A stretch of 64,000 nucleotides of DNA, from positions 192,001-256,000 of the forward strand of contig CAWIMJ010000050.1 of assembly GCA_963837175.1 (NCBI GenBank). The letters are read 5' to 3'. This document shows positions 21,097 to 31,192 of the stretch, one piece after another. This DNA comes from an uncultured Nitrososphaeraceae archaeon (lineage in GTDB: Archaea > Thermoproteota > Nitrososphaeria > Nitrososphaerales > Nitrososphaeraceae). Numbering within the stretch: position 1 is the stretch's first letter; every line of letters begins with the position of its first letter. Below the pieces are notes generated by a model. That model was given only the letters and a program-made list of their open reading frames with translations, did not search any database and was not told the origin of the DNA. The position numbers were made by a program, and so were the translations under genes.

Positions 21097-21225
21097 TGAG
21101 AATCGTTATGTATCATAATTGATGCAATCTAATCCTTATGTACTCCAATGGTGGATTACACGAATGGCAGAAACGCAGAGATCAAGCAGAGATAACGTCA
21201 TATTGTCATGATGTCATAAATACAT

Positions 21226-21438
21226 ATGGTGAAAAATATTTCTGTCGAAGATCATAATAAAAGCAAAAAAAATGACGGCAAGATTGATAATAATAATATA
21301 ATACCAGCTGAAATTGATATCCATTTTCATATGTATGGTAAGCATGCATGGGAAGTTGAATATGGTGACAGATGTCCTATTTGCGAAAAAAGGATAGATG
21401 AATTCGGTTATTGTGCATGCGGTAGTCAAGGAGAGTAA
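21226..21438 (+). CDS. Small His/Cys-rich Zn-finger protein
   Basis: HFHMYGKH..CPIC..IDEFGYCACG. Confidence 0.75.
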   Translation: MVKNISVEDHNKSKKNDGKIDNNNIIPAEIDIHFHMYGKHAWEVEYGDRCPICEKRIDEFGYCACGSQGE

Positions 21439-21688
21439 GTTATTAGATGATTTAACCAATGCTATTCCAAGATCGAGACAAATAATAGAAAACTAAAAAT
21501 AAGATCTATTATTATAATAACACGAACAACTATATATTTGTATTCACCTTATGCCTAGGTTTTAATTATACTTAATTTTTAGATACAAAAATTCAAACAC
21601 TGTTATTTATTGAATCACAAAAAAGCGAGGTTTTGAATTCTCTGACCAATCATAAATCATAAACCTTTAAACCAACAGTAGGGAGAAA

Positions 21689-21763
21689 TGCGACGGCCGG
21701 GATTTGAACCCGGGTTACCAGATTGGCAATCTGATGTCCTAGACCAAACTGGACGACCGTCGC
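21689..21763 (-). tRNA. tRNA-Gly(GCC)
   Basis: Reverse complement GCGACGGTCGTCCAG..TCAGA-TT-GCC-AA-TCTGG..GGTTCAAATCCCGGCCGTCGCA. Confidence 0.96.
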
Positions 21764-22066
21764 ATTATTAATCCATCAATTAGTTGATGGCATTTTCATG
21801 GTCTTATTTTTGCTTTAATAAACTCTTCGAGGCGTTTACCATATGCTTAATAAATGGCGGGTATTAGAACAGTTGATTTCGTTTCGTATACAACCATTTT
21901 ATTCTGTTATCGCAATGCCATACATCACCTATAAAACAATCGTACATTATCTGTCCTAAATCAGGTATTGCAAAAATCTTATTATCTTTAGCTCTTATCT
22001 AAATCTCATGAATAATTCTATTAAATAATAATAAATATCCTGGCACAACATAGATAGACATATTAT

Positions 22067-23026
22067 TTGAAAACATTTGTATTTCCAGATTCGTCAATAT
22101 CGTCTATCCTTGCTCGACAGTATGGTTATAATGAGTGGTTAATTAACAGATTTATTCAATTCGTGCCAGATGTGAAGTGTTTTTTAGAAAAGCTGGAAAT
22201 GAATCCTCAGTTATATATAAGAACAAATACTCTAAAAATCGACACTAAAGATCTTACAGAAAGACTTGCATCTAAAGGCATTGAATTAGAAAATACAATA
22301 TTAGATGATGTTTTATCTGTTAAAAAGCAAACTTTTCGAATTGGGTCAACTACCGAATATTTACTTGGTTATTATTATATACAGGATCTTAGCTCCTGTT
22401 TGGCGGTTGACGCTTTGGATGTCAGACAAAATCAAACAGTGTTAGATATGGCTTCTGCTCCTGGAGGAAAAACCACCTATATGGCTCAGAGAATGAAAAA
22501 TACTGGCATTATTATCGCATTAGAAACTAATCCTAGAAGAATAAGAGCGTTACAATTTAATCTCCTGCGATGTGGTGTAATAAATACCTGCGTTTTAAAA
22601 ATGGATGCTAAGGGAGTAACAGATTTAAACATGCAATTTGACCGTGTGCTACTAGACGCCCCATGCAGTTGTGAAGGTGTAATTGCAAAGGATAAGTCAC
22701 GAAAAATAAATCATAGACCAGAAGATATCGAATTTTGTGCAGCCCGTCAATCAGCTTTGATAGAACCAGCTATTAGAGTCGTCAAACCTGGTGGATTATT
22801 AGTATATTCAACTTGTTCTTTTGCTCCCGAGGAAAATGAAATAATTGTAAATCATCTTTTAGAGAAGTTGGATGTTGAAATAGAGCCAATAAGATATGGA
22901 AGCGAGGGTTTGACTAGGTTTGGATTACTTCATTTCAACCCCTCTTTGAAAAACACAAGACGATTTTATCCACATATCCATGATACTGTAGGATTCTATA
23001 TTGCAAAATTACGAGTTCATAATTAG
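22067..23026 (+). CDS. NOL1/Nop2/RsmB-family RNA m5C methyltransferase
   Basis: VLDMASAPGGKT, LLDAPCS, YSTCS..PEENE. Confidence 0.93.
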   Translation: MKTFVFPDSSISSILARQYGYNEWLINRFIQFVPDVKCFLEKLEMNPQLYIRTNTLKIDTKDLTERLASKGIELENTILDDVLSVKKQTFRIGSTTEYLLGYYYIQDLSSCLAVDALDVRQNQTVLDMASAPGGKTTYMAQRMKNTGIIIALETNPRRIRALQFNLLRCGVINTCVLKMDAKGVTDLNMQFDRVLLDAPCSCEGVIAKDKSRKINHRPEDIEFCAARQSALIEPAIRVVKPGGLLVYSTCSFAPEENEIIVNHLLEKLDVEIEPIRYGSEGLTRFGLLHFNPSLKNTRRFYPHIHDTVGFYIAKLRVHN

Positions 23027-23031
23027 ATGAC

Positions 23032-23571
23032 ATGTACAGAAAACTCACAAGACAAGAGCTAACAACATTAAAAAGAGCATTTGACAAATGGGGAGTTTTT
23101 GATTTCTTTAAAGATAGATCTATTTTAATAAATGAGATAAAAACTTTCAATATTCGCGAAGTTCACTTTTTGTCAAATGAGATGGAAAAGATAGCTCTGT
23201 GGAAGCAACCGTCATATGCTGGCTTACTGATTGGCGAGTTAAAAAAAAGCTTTTCACTTTCAATGCAAGGAGCAGATCTTATTTCTAAAGTTTCTAAACA
23301 ATTTCCATATATAATCGTCAATGAAACTGCAGAAAAATCTATCTTATATGGGAAAAATGTGTACAGTAAGTCAATTATATCCACTTCGGGCGCAATAAAC
23401 GAAAATCAAGTTGTGATTATTTTAAACCAGAAACAAGAGGCAATAGCTATAGGTAAAACAAGATTTGGTATTAACTTTTTATTGCAAAATGATAAAATTG
23501 CAGTTACTACTATGACTGACGCTGGCTTATATTTACGCAGCGAAGGAAATAAAAGCGGAAAAAGGAAATAG
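23032..23571 (+). CDS. PUA-domain protein (Nip7-like)
   Basis: AEKSILYGKNV..VVIILNQ..AIAIG..DAGLYLR; coupled to the Nop2 homolog. Confidence 0.78.
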   Translation: MYRKLTRQELTTLKRAFDKWGVFDFFKDRSILINEIKTFNIREVHFLSNEMEKIALWKQPSYAGLLIGELKKSFSLSMQGADLISKVSKQFPYIIVNETAEKSILYGKNVYSKSIISTSGAINENQVVIILNQKQEAIAIGKTRFGINFLLQNDKIAVTTMTDAGLYLRSEGNKSGKRK

Positions 23572-23771
23572 AGTAGAAATTATATTAATATTTTTGTAGC
23601 TAAAAAGGAGTAATAAATGTTAGTTAAGCCTCTAAAGATTGCTCTTCAATAAACTAATTAATATATATAAATATATTTATATGTTATTTATCTGTTTAGT
23701 GTATAGCTCAATTCCCCTGAAATACACTACGATATTTGCTTTGACTTCTTATAGATTGTTATAGTTGATTG

Positions 23772-24125
23772 GTTTACAAGTTTGATGAATTTTTTGTATA
23801 ACACTACTTTCAGTCCTGCTTCTACCTTTTTGTGCTTTGAATTTCTTTGAAAGGAGATCTTCTTCACCTATACTCTTTTTAGTGAGGAAAAGACAATCTC
23901 TGTAATCTATCTATCTTCTTTTACCTGTATCCTTTAACTGCTTTCCATACATCCATCATATCTTAGTTTCTTCTTGATAAGCAAGACTTGATCTCTTCTT
24001 AATGGACAGCCCTTGGATGGATCTGGTAGATGCATTCTTCCTTCCTTTCCTTCCTTCCTTCCTTTCTAATACCATTAATAGCTGGTTCAGCATTTATGTT
24101 ATCTAGTATATTGAAGTTTTGGAAT
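23772..24125 (-). mobile_element. IS5-like transposase C-terminal remnant
   Basis: Broken minus-strand frames read NFNILDNINAEPAI..NASTRS..GCPLRRDQVLLIKK..EIVFSSLKRV..QKVEAGLKVVLY; contains a (TTCC)n expansion at about 24035-24066. Confidence 0.65.
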
Positions 24126-24650
24126 TAATCTTCCTTAAAGAATATTTCCTTCTAATAATTAATTTACGAGTTTTAATATTAATAATAGCATAACAAACCA
24201 ATGAAAAAGTATCTGTCACTCAAATTCAATTTAGACATGGATGTACAATATAAATACAAACATGAATGTTAGAAGATGTTTGAAGTGTAGTCATTAAGGC
24301 TGATGACGATAGAATCGAATTTAAAGAAAGAAATGTTTGATATACGCAAATATTGCAAATCGCAGACAGTGTTAGACTGAGCGTATTATATAACAATAAA
24401 TTAAGCTATGCAAAACATTTCCAACTCATAATAATATTAAAGATTGTATACTATTCATGTTAACTACATATTGTAGCAGATAAGATTAATACAGTACTTG
24501 AAAACCCGTAATAATTAATATTGTAATTATCAACAACAACGTATGTCCCTTTAATCTTGAACTGCAATTATTTATATTATATAAAACCCTTATTTCTAGA
24601 GAACAAAAATTAGTTGACATTTTCAAACCTAATATGAATGGCGCATAAAC

Positions 24651-25583
24651 ATGGAAATTAAGATAGTCACGTCAGTAGCCCCTTATGTTGCAAATAACGC
24701 ATCCCAGGCTGTTGAATTAGCACATGAAGATGGCTTTTCAGGTATTGAACTCAATGAAGATCATTTGCATTGCCTAGTCAGAAGAAAACCAAACTGCCTT
24801 AGACTGATCAAAGATTATAGTACAGATAAACATATGAGTAATTCTATACACAAGACACTTCATAGACCGAGTATTGATTCTAAAAATAAAAATGAGAGGA
24901 ACCATGCAGTTGAATATACATTTAAAACAATAGATTATTTGGAATTGGCAGGGATTTCTAGGTTGGTCTTACACAGTTTTTGTGATTTGCCCTCGTTCTT
25001 TCGATTAAGATCTGAACACGCCAATAGACTAGGATATTACGTTGGAGGTAATGCAGTCAAAATTTACGGAATTCTTGCTCCCGCTTTAAAGGCATATAGA
25101 AAGATAAGACGAGAAAGTTTAAAAGAAAATTTTATGAGTTCGCTTTTTGAAATATCAAAGTATGCTTCAGAGAAAAAAGTAAATGGCAAATCTCTAGAAA
25201 TTGTTTTTGAAGAGCATTTCTCTGATGCGATGGATTATGATTCTATTTCATATGGCAGAGGGAATTTAATCAATGTGATTAGAGGCATTGATACTGCCCA
25301 TCACTTGATTAGAACAGGGAAAAACTCTGACCTTTCAGAAATAGCAGAGCAAATTCACTTTCACGCAGTTGATACAAATGGCGTATTAGATGATCATAGA
25401 ACCCTTGGTAAAGGCAAGGTAAACTTAGAAGGCGCTCTATCTAATATTATAGAAAAAAAATTGACAAATGTTGCAGTACCTGGAAGATGGCACCAGAAAG
25501 AGTGCATTAAAATCCAAGGAAGTATTAAAAACACTAGTAAAGTATTCAGAGAAAAAATTGTACAATTCGTAATAAGTTCATAA
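24651..25583 (+). CDS. Xylose-isomerase-like / AP-endonuclease-2 TIM-barrel protein; probable +1 frameshift near 25479 (natural end about 25572)
   Basis: GIELN, VLH, FEE, IDTAH, HFHAVD..DDH..LGKG. The terminal VLE motif appears only in the shifted frame (VAVLEDGTRKSALKSKE). Confidence 0.75.
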   Translation: MEIKIVTSVAPYVANNASQAVELAHEDGFSGIELNEDHLHCLVRRKPNCLRLIKDYSTDKHMSNSIHKTLHRPSIDSKNKNERNHAVEYTFKTIDYLELAGISRLVLHSFCDLPSFFRLRSEHANRLGYYVGGNAVKIYGILAPALKAYRKIRRESLKENFMSSLFEISKYASEKKVNGKSLEIVFEEHFSDAMDYDSISYGRGNLINVIRGIDTAHHLIRTGKNSDLSEIAEQIHFHAVDTNGVLDDHRTLGKGKVNLEGALSNIIEKKLTNVAVPGRWHQKECIKIQGSIKNTSKVFREKIVQFVISS

Positions 25584-25882
25584 TGTCATTGCTTACATCA
25601 AAGTAATACAATTACATTTTAGCTGATTAATATAGGATTGCTCTATATCCTAAGCAGCAGGTTCTTGAATATTTAATTTTTGTCAAACTTCCTGAAGGAT
25701 TATGGATACAATTGCAGAATCAATTTGTCATATTCGTAGCTATACTAGCCTAAACAATAATAATGAAGTATTTTTCTATATCCAATACAATAACTTATTG
25801 CGTTCTTTTTTTGAAGATTATTATCTAGACTAGTGCAGCAAACTAAAATTATTGTAATTAATATTAAACTAGAGATTTTTCA

Positions 25883-26503
25883 TTATGTTAATAGAATAAG
25901 AGTTGAATAGCCTCTGCTTTCAGTTGCATACTCTCCTGTGGTCTCTTCAATAACTACTGTTATGGAAATAAGATCATATTTTTTGCATTCACTGGCATCG
26001 AGGACAATGATATCATCAAGTATGTCTGCGCACTTTAAACTCTCATTACTAATTGAAAAATTCAAAGTAGAACTAGAATTGATTAATAATAGCTGATCTT
26101 TTCTGTAATTACTTATTCGAATGAGTTTTCCCTCTCTGGGGATCGCTTTAATATTCACCTTGACTTTGCCCATAGGATGGGAGGTATAGCGTATCATATT
26201 GTTAACAAAAACTTCAAACTTGAAAGGATAACCTGCAGTATTCTCTGCCATTTTGCTAACCCCGTCATTCATAATTATATCAATTTTTTTGATAGTATCA
26301 CCATATTTAACAATCCACTGATTTGTGGTTCTAACAATACTATCTATAATACCTTTTCTTGTCTTATTTTCTTCTTGAAGTAATTCATATCTGTCTACCC
26401 AATCCTTGTAATCCCTGCTAATATCACTTATAAATTCTGTACATGTATTCTGGTAATCTTCTATACTGCTAGCTCTTTCAGAATCTGTGTCCGAAGCAAA
26501 CAT
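25883..26503 (-). CDS. Hypothetical protein
   Basis: 206-aa ORF; helical N-terminus, beta-rich C-terminus. Confidence 0.65.
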   Translation of the reverse strand: MFASDTDSERASSIEDYQNTCTEFISDISRDYKDWVDRYELLQEENKTRKGIIDSIVRTTNQWIVKYGDTIKKIDIIMNDGVSKMAENTAGYPFKFEVFVNNMIRYTSHPMGKVKVNIKAIPREGKLIRISNYRKDQLLLINSSSTLNFSISNESLKCADILDDIIVLDASECKKYDLISITVVIEETTGEYATESRGYSTLILLT

Positions 26504-26576
26504 AAAATGAACTTCTAGAAACTGGCATAAAAAGATGAATTATAGATTAGTAAATATATAATTCTAATAATAGCTA

Positions 26577-27056
26577 GTGCACAGAATGGTACTCCTATCC
26601 AAATTAATTGAAGAATTAAGAGATAATATTGATCACAATAAAAACCTTTTAAAAATGATTTTAAAGAAGAATCCCAATTTGCTGTACCAAAAAATCAATG
26701 AGATCTCGCTTTTTACAGGATCAAGATATAATGTAAATTTGCAATTACATTTTCCAGATTCAAAAAAAATTTCTGATATTGAATCTTATGGAGAAGAAAA
26801 TATAGGAATAGTAATAGATAAATTCCGTAGGAGATTTCCTATTAATCGCGAGAATATAAAATTGAAAGCAATAGAATTAATGGGAGATATCGAAGCTAAG
26901 GATGCCTATATGTATGAAGGTAAGGAAGGAGTCAAGATTATATTTGAAAAAGGTAGGATAGAGGTACTGCCTGGCTCTTGTCATTTCTGGTGTAAAATAG
27001 ATGAACGCGTAAAGTGCTACGGCGACTGGTTAATGAGTAATGTTTATCTTCAATAG
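26577..27056 (+). CDS. Hypothetical protein
   Basis: 159-aa ORF; DAYMYEGKEGV..RIEVLPGS motif. Confidence 0.72.
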   Translation: MHRMVLLSKLIEELRDNIDHNKNLLKMILKKNPNLLYQKINEISLFTGSRYNVNLQLHFPDSKKISDIESYGEENIGIVIDKFRRRFPINRENIKLKAIELMGDIEAKDAYMYEGKEGVKIIFEKGRIEVLPGSCHFWCKIDERVKCYGDWLMSNVYLQ

Positions 27057-27107
27057 AATGCAGATGAGCAGGCATAATACAGGCTTAAATTGTAGCTGAA
27101 TATTATA

Positions 27108-27800
27108 TTATAATTTCATACCAACCAGTCCATATTTATACAAAATTTCACCTTCGGAGTTGTAAACTTCTGCCTTCACAGGCAAAGGCACTTCAGGAGT
27201 TAGCCAAATTTTACTTGTTTTTGAACCTATTTTATATCCAATAACGAAGGCTTCAAAATTTCCAGCACCTGTCTTAATATTTTCTTTATCTATGACTTTT
27301 ATAGGTACTGATGACACACCTACTAAAATCGTATCCCAAGGGGCACCTATAACCAAGTATTTTGGTTCTCTGGCGATATCTCTTATTGACAAAATCGAGT
27401 TCTCTATGAGTTTAAAATATTGCTTAAATTCATCTTTTACTGAATTCTTTTGAATTAATTGCTGTTTTGAAAGAAAAACAGTAGCATCTTTGGTTGATGT
27501 ACCATTGATTACGTGGAAATTTGTTTTCCAATAATCACTAGTATATTTAGAAAATTTGATTGATATATGCGCATCGACAAGTGAATTAATGGAATCAGTT
27601 GTTGTCAAAGTGTAATTTAATTCTGTTCCATCATTGATCTTTTGACCAATTCTCCAAAGATCCGCATCAGTCGGCGGATTAGTAATGGAGGCACCTGGTG
27701 CTGAAAAACCGCCCCCTCTAGCAATAATAATTACACTTACTGCTATACCAACTAGAGAGAAAATTCCTGTCATTAAAAAAACCATTTGTCTAGGAGACAC
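27108..27800 (-). CDS. Membrane-anchored/secreted protein, paralog of the upstream gene's N-domain
   Basis: N-terminal TM helix; W.IG..Y, PW..I, SKIWL..EVPLPVKA shared with 27961-29046. Confidence 0.75.
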   Translation of the reverse strand: MSPRQMVFLMTGIFSLVGIAVSVIIIARGGGFSAPGASITNPPTDADLWRIGQKINDGTELNYTLTTTDSINSLVDAHISIKFSKYTSDYWKTNFHVINGTSTKDATVFLSKQQLIQKNSVKDEFKQYFKLIENSILSIRDIAREPKYLVIGAPWDTILVGVSSVPIKVIDKENIKTGAGNFEAFVIGYKIGSKTSKIWLTPEVPLPVKAEVYNSEGEILYKYGLVGMKL

Positions 27801-27960
27801 TTATCTTGACTGAGAATTGTGGATTATTTAAGCGTAAAGAAAAAAGAATTTTAGACATCTATCCTTGTCTCTTACAGATAATACTAACCTGTTGGCGTTA
27901 CTATAAGGATCGATATTCCAATGATTGTTGCCGTTATTGTCGCTGCGGGCTTATTTGATA

Positions 27961-29046
27961 TTAAGGCGCTACGCCAATATCAAAATCGGCATTTTCTACA
28001 AATCCTCCTAGATTGCGACTTTCAACACTGTTTATAGAAACTTCAACTTTGGCAGGACCAGTACTGTTGAATTTGATCGGTTGAACTGCGCCAGTACCAG
28101 TCTCGGCGAACAGATTCTTAAGATCTAAGAGTGCAGTGCCATTCGAATTTGATATCTTGAAATCGTAACTGACCCCACTAAGTGGAAATTGAGTGTCATC
28201 TAGAAATTCAATATTAAATCTGGTTTCATTTCCAACACGTATTGCTTCCGGTTCCCAGTTCAGCCGAATATAATACGTTCCACGTGGTGTACGTTCTGTC
28301 AAGGGGGGTTTGACTACAAGACTTTCTCCTGCTGGCTTGGGTGGTTCACCTTGCCCAGTTGCTAACAAATTGAATTCAAATTGAACGCGCGGACTTCCTG
28401 TTGTTACATCTACAAATGTTTTTGCTTTTACAGGATATGGGAATTCGTTAAGAATCCATATATCGCTATCTACTGACTTATGATATCTTATTATAGTAGT
28501 GTCTATTGGTTTTGGAAACGAAGGTAGGGTTATCTTTGCTGTACCAGAGGGTTTGATTTCTGAACCTCCTATCGATCCGATTTTGCCCCATGAAGCTGAG
28601 CTTAATGATTGACCAGGAAAAGGAACATAGGCTGACAGCCATTTTAATGAATTAGTGTATGCGCTTCTATATTTTGTCATTTCAGGGGGGATTTCAGATG
28701 TTCCCAGAGCAGTTAAATCTAGAGCACTTAGTTTAAAGGTACCGGAAATAACTCTACCTTCGTCGACTACGAATACGGGAGCAATCCAATTACCTTTATC
28801 ATCCTTTTCTTTGAAATAAATTGTCATATCGAATGGTCGACCATTGTTAGTATCGAGCTCTCGAATATTGTACTTTACATACATACCTTTTTTTGCTCCT
28901 TCTCCTACATACCAGTTGTTATCAGCCGCATATGCATTTTTTACTTTGAAATTCGTTGCTATGTATATCGCAGAGGAAATAAGCAGAGCTCCTATAATGA
29001 GGCGATTTAAATTATTGCTAATTTCAGATCTACTGCCAGTTGCCAT
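27961..29046 (-). CDS. Secreted surface protein with a truncated PEF(G)-CTERM-type anchor
   Basis: Signal peptide (..NAYA), beta-rich domains, ends ..IGVAP*; hydrophobic remnant downstream of the stop. Confidence 0.8.
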   Translation of the reverse strand: MATGSRSEISNNLNRLIIGALLISSAIYIATNFKVKNAYAADNNWYVGEGAKKGMYVKYNIRELDTNNGRPFDMTIYFKEKDDKGNWIAPVFVVDEGRVISGTFKLSALDLTALGTSEIPPEMTKYRSAYTNSLKWLSAYVPFPGQSLSSASWGKIGSIGGSEIKPSGTAKITLPSFPKPIDTTIIRYHKSVDSDIWILNEFPYPVKAKTFVDVTTGSPRVQFEFNLLATGQGEPPKPAGESLVVKPPLTERTPRGTYYIRLNWEPEAIRVGNETRFNIEFLDDTQFPLSGVSYDFKISNSNGTALLDLKNLFAETGTGAVQPIKFNSTGPAKVEVSINSVESRNLGGFVENADFDIGVAP

Positions 29047-29158
29047 AATTATAATAGAATATATGGAATTGATAAATGTTTACAGCTTGGCAACAATAAT
29101 GCCTGAGAGACAGTGTATCTGCAAACAAATAAGTAAGAGATCAAGATAATACATTATC

Positions 29159-29323
29159 GTGTGTAACTGTCCAAAAGTCCACTTTTATGAGGTTGATTTT
29201 AAATTGGCAGGTATGCGAGTTATGCCCACTCATAAGAATTGCGGAGATTCTCTAAACGAAGACCAGTCTTCGAAATTCGAAAAAGAATTAATAAAATACT
29301 GGGGTTTTGAAGAAAAAGGTTGA
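29159..29323 (+). CDS. Small Cys/His protein (54 aa, below the ORF-track cutoff)
   Basis: GTG start: MCNCPKVHFYEVDFKLAGMRVMPTHKNCGDSLNEDQSSKFEKELIKYWGFEEKG*. Confidence 0.72.
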   Translation: MCNCPKVHFYEVDFKLAGMRVMPTHKNCGDSLNEDQSSKFEKELIKYWGFEEKG

Positions 29324-29449
29324 TTCGTGAGCGACGCTACATCTCTTTATAAATAAAATTGATAAATAGTTTAAATTCATGCCTTATATGCGGTTTGCAG
29401 CCGAGTCAACTTTATTAATGACTACGGTAAATCCCGTTCAGGTGATTGG

Positions 29450-29704
29450 ATGAGCAAAATGCTAAATGTAAACATTGATACTGCCGGGGTAGATCAAAAC
29501 GAAGCGAAAGAATGGGTTAACGAAATGGCAAACGTTTATGCCGACATGGAAATTGAAGATGTTAATGTCTCTGGAAATAAAATTTCGTTCAAAGCAGGAA
29601 TGCAAGGAATGGATGATACAGACCCAGATGACGTCAAGATGAAAATTGAAGAATATCTGACCATGAACGAAGCATTCGAGGCTAAAAACGTCTCTGTCAA
29701 ATAA
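29450..29704 (+). CDS. Small acidic hypothetical protein
   Basis: 84 aa, with an AGGTGAT SD upstream of the ATG. Confidence 0.8.
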   Translation: MSKMLNVNIDTAGVDQNEAKEWVNEMANVYADMEIEDVNVSGNKISFKAGMQGMDDTDPDDVKMKIEEYLTMNEAFEAKNVSVK

Positions 29705-29824
29705 CCACAGGAAAACATTTAATTTTTTTGTCATTTTATGTCCAAAGAACATTGCTAACGAATCATGATTAGTCATTACACAGATTTAAATACGACATAA
29801 ACGAGGTATCTGTGGTTATTAGTT

Positions 29825-30079
29825 ATGACGTGTAAAGGTATATGCGTTCGTCACAAGGCACAAAAGCCGGTAGGATCTGGCCGATATGCTAGTGGACAAA
29901 AGCGCTGTCAGATTTGTGAAATTTTCATTAAATGGGATGGATTATGGTGTCCGTGCTGCGGATATAGATTGAGAACAAAACCACGCAATCTAAAATATAA
30001 GGCAAAATTAAGAGCAAGGAATAAAAAATTAGAGCCTATTACTCCTACTGTAATAGTACCGATAATTTTTTCAAGATAG
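29825..30079 (+). CDS. Small basic Cys-rich Zn-finger protein
   Basis: CKGIC..CQIC..CPCCG..LRTKPR. Confidence 0.82.
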   Translation: MTCKGICVRHKAQKPVGSGRYASGQKRCQICEIFIKWDGLWCPCCGYRLRTKPRNLKYKAKLRARNKKLEPITPTVIVPIIFSR

Positions 30080-30947
30080 TTTTACTTGTGTTTACAAGGT
30101 TGCCCTGCAACCTTTCGAGTTGCTGCATGTCTTTTGTCAAGTCCATAGATATCTGTATCAACTTTATATAGGTACTCAAGAATCGGTCATCTTTGTCTGT
30201 TAAACATCTGTACCCCATTTTACCAAGATAATAGTAACAATCCGATACCATACCTTTTTTGAGCAAATGATTCACTTTTATTCTGATCAATTCTTTGTCA
30301 TATTCCATAGAATTTAATTCGCATATACCTTCGATACTTCTCGATATCGTAGATCTAGTAGCTCGTTCTAAGCCTATACATTCCAAGCCTATCTTTATGC
30401 CATCAGCCATATCTTGGTGCTCTGTAGTTATTGTTCTTATCTGGTTTAATTCATGTATGGGCATTGGTTTAATTTCCGATAATGCAAGTATACCCTCCAG
30501 AAGGTCATAGGCAGCTATTTTCAGCCACATTCCTGCTAATACTGAATTCTTCTGAATACTTTTTGTAATTTTATCATGATAAAATAAGGAGTTAATTATT
30601 GATTTTTTTCCAAATCCTCTTAGCACTTTTAGATAATGTTCCACACTATAGATCTTGTTGATCGATAATGATGATAGACTTAACCCATTGTAGCCTTGTA
30701 TTATAATCATATTATATAGATTCAGCATATTTAATGTCGATATTTTTTTTTGAGCAATCAATTCTAGCCCATGATCACCTAGCTGAAAAAATCTATTGCT
30801 CTCAGAATTTCTATTAAAAATAGCGATATCATATTCACAACAATCAAATGACATTTCAGGATTAGTTGCCCGGCATCCGATAAGCCCGACAGGATACCGA
30901 ATATTGTTGTTTATATAATCAACAAGAGCACTAGGTATGCGTTTCAA
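30045..30947 (-). CDS. Hypothetical protein with a degenerate nucleotidyltransferase-like N-terminus
   Basis: GLIGCRA..CCEYDIAIF resembles the Pol-beta GS..DxD motif; helical C-terminal domain. Confidence 0.65.
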   Translation of the reverse strand: MKRIPSALVDYINNNIRYPVGLIGCRATNPEMSFDCCEYDIAIFNRNSESNRFFQLGDHGLELIAQKKISTLNMLNLYNMIIIQGYNGLSLSSLSINKIYSVEHYLKVLRGFGKKSIINSLFYHDKITKSIQKNSVLAGMWLKIAAYDLLEGILALSEIKPMPIHELNQIRTITTEHQDMADGIKIGLECIGLERATRSTISRSIEGICELNSMEYDKELIRIKVNHLLKKGMVSDCYYYLGKMGYRCLTDKDDRFLSTYIKLIQISMDLTKDMQQLERLQGNLVNTSKTILKKLSVLLQ

Positions 30948-31116
30948 TATTATAAAAGGCTAATATGAACAGTTATTGACAAACATTGTAAGGAAGAGTT
31001 TACAAATAACTTAGAATAATTTCGAATACATCTAACTTTGCGATACTTACAAGGGGTTTGAATACAAGATAAGTTTTATAAAGTTTTATATGAAGAACGA
31101 AATTGATTGTGCTTGA

Positions 31117-31192
31117 GCTCCGGTGGTGTAGTCCGGTTAAGCATTTCGCCCTCTCAAGGCGACGATCCCGGGTTCAAATCCCGGCCGGAGCA
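31117..31192 (+). tRNA. tRNA-Glu(CTC)
   Basis: GCTCCGG..TCGCC-CT-CTC-AA-GGCGA..GGTTCAAATCC..CCGGAGC-A. Confidence 0.96.
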
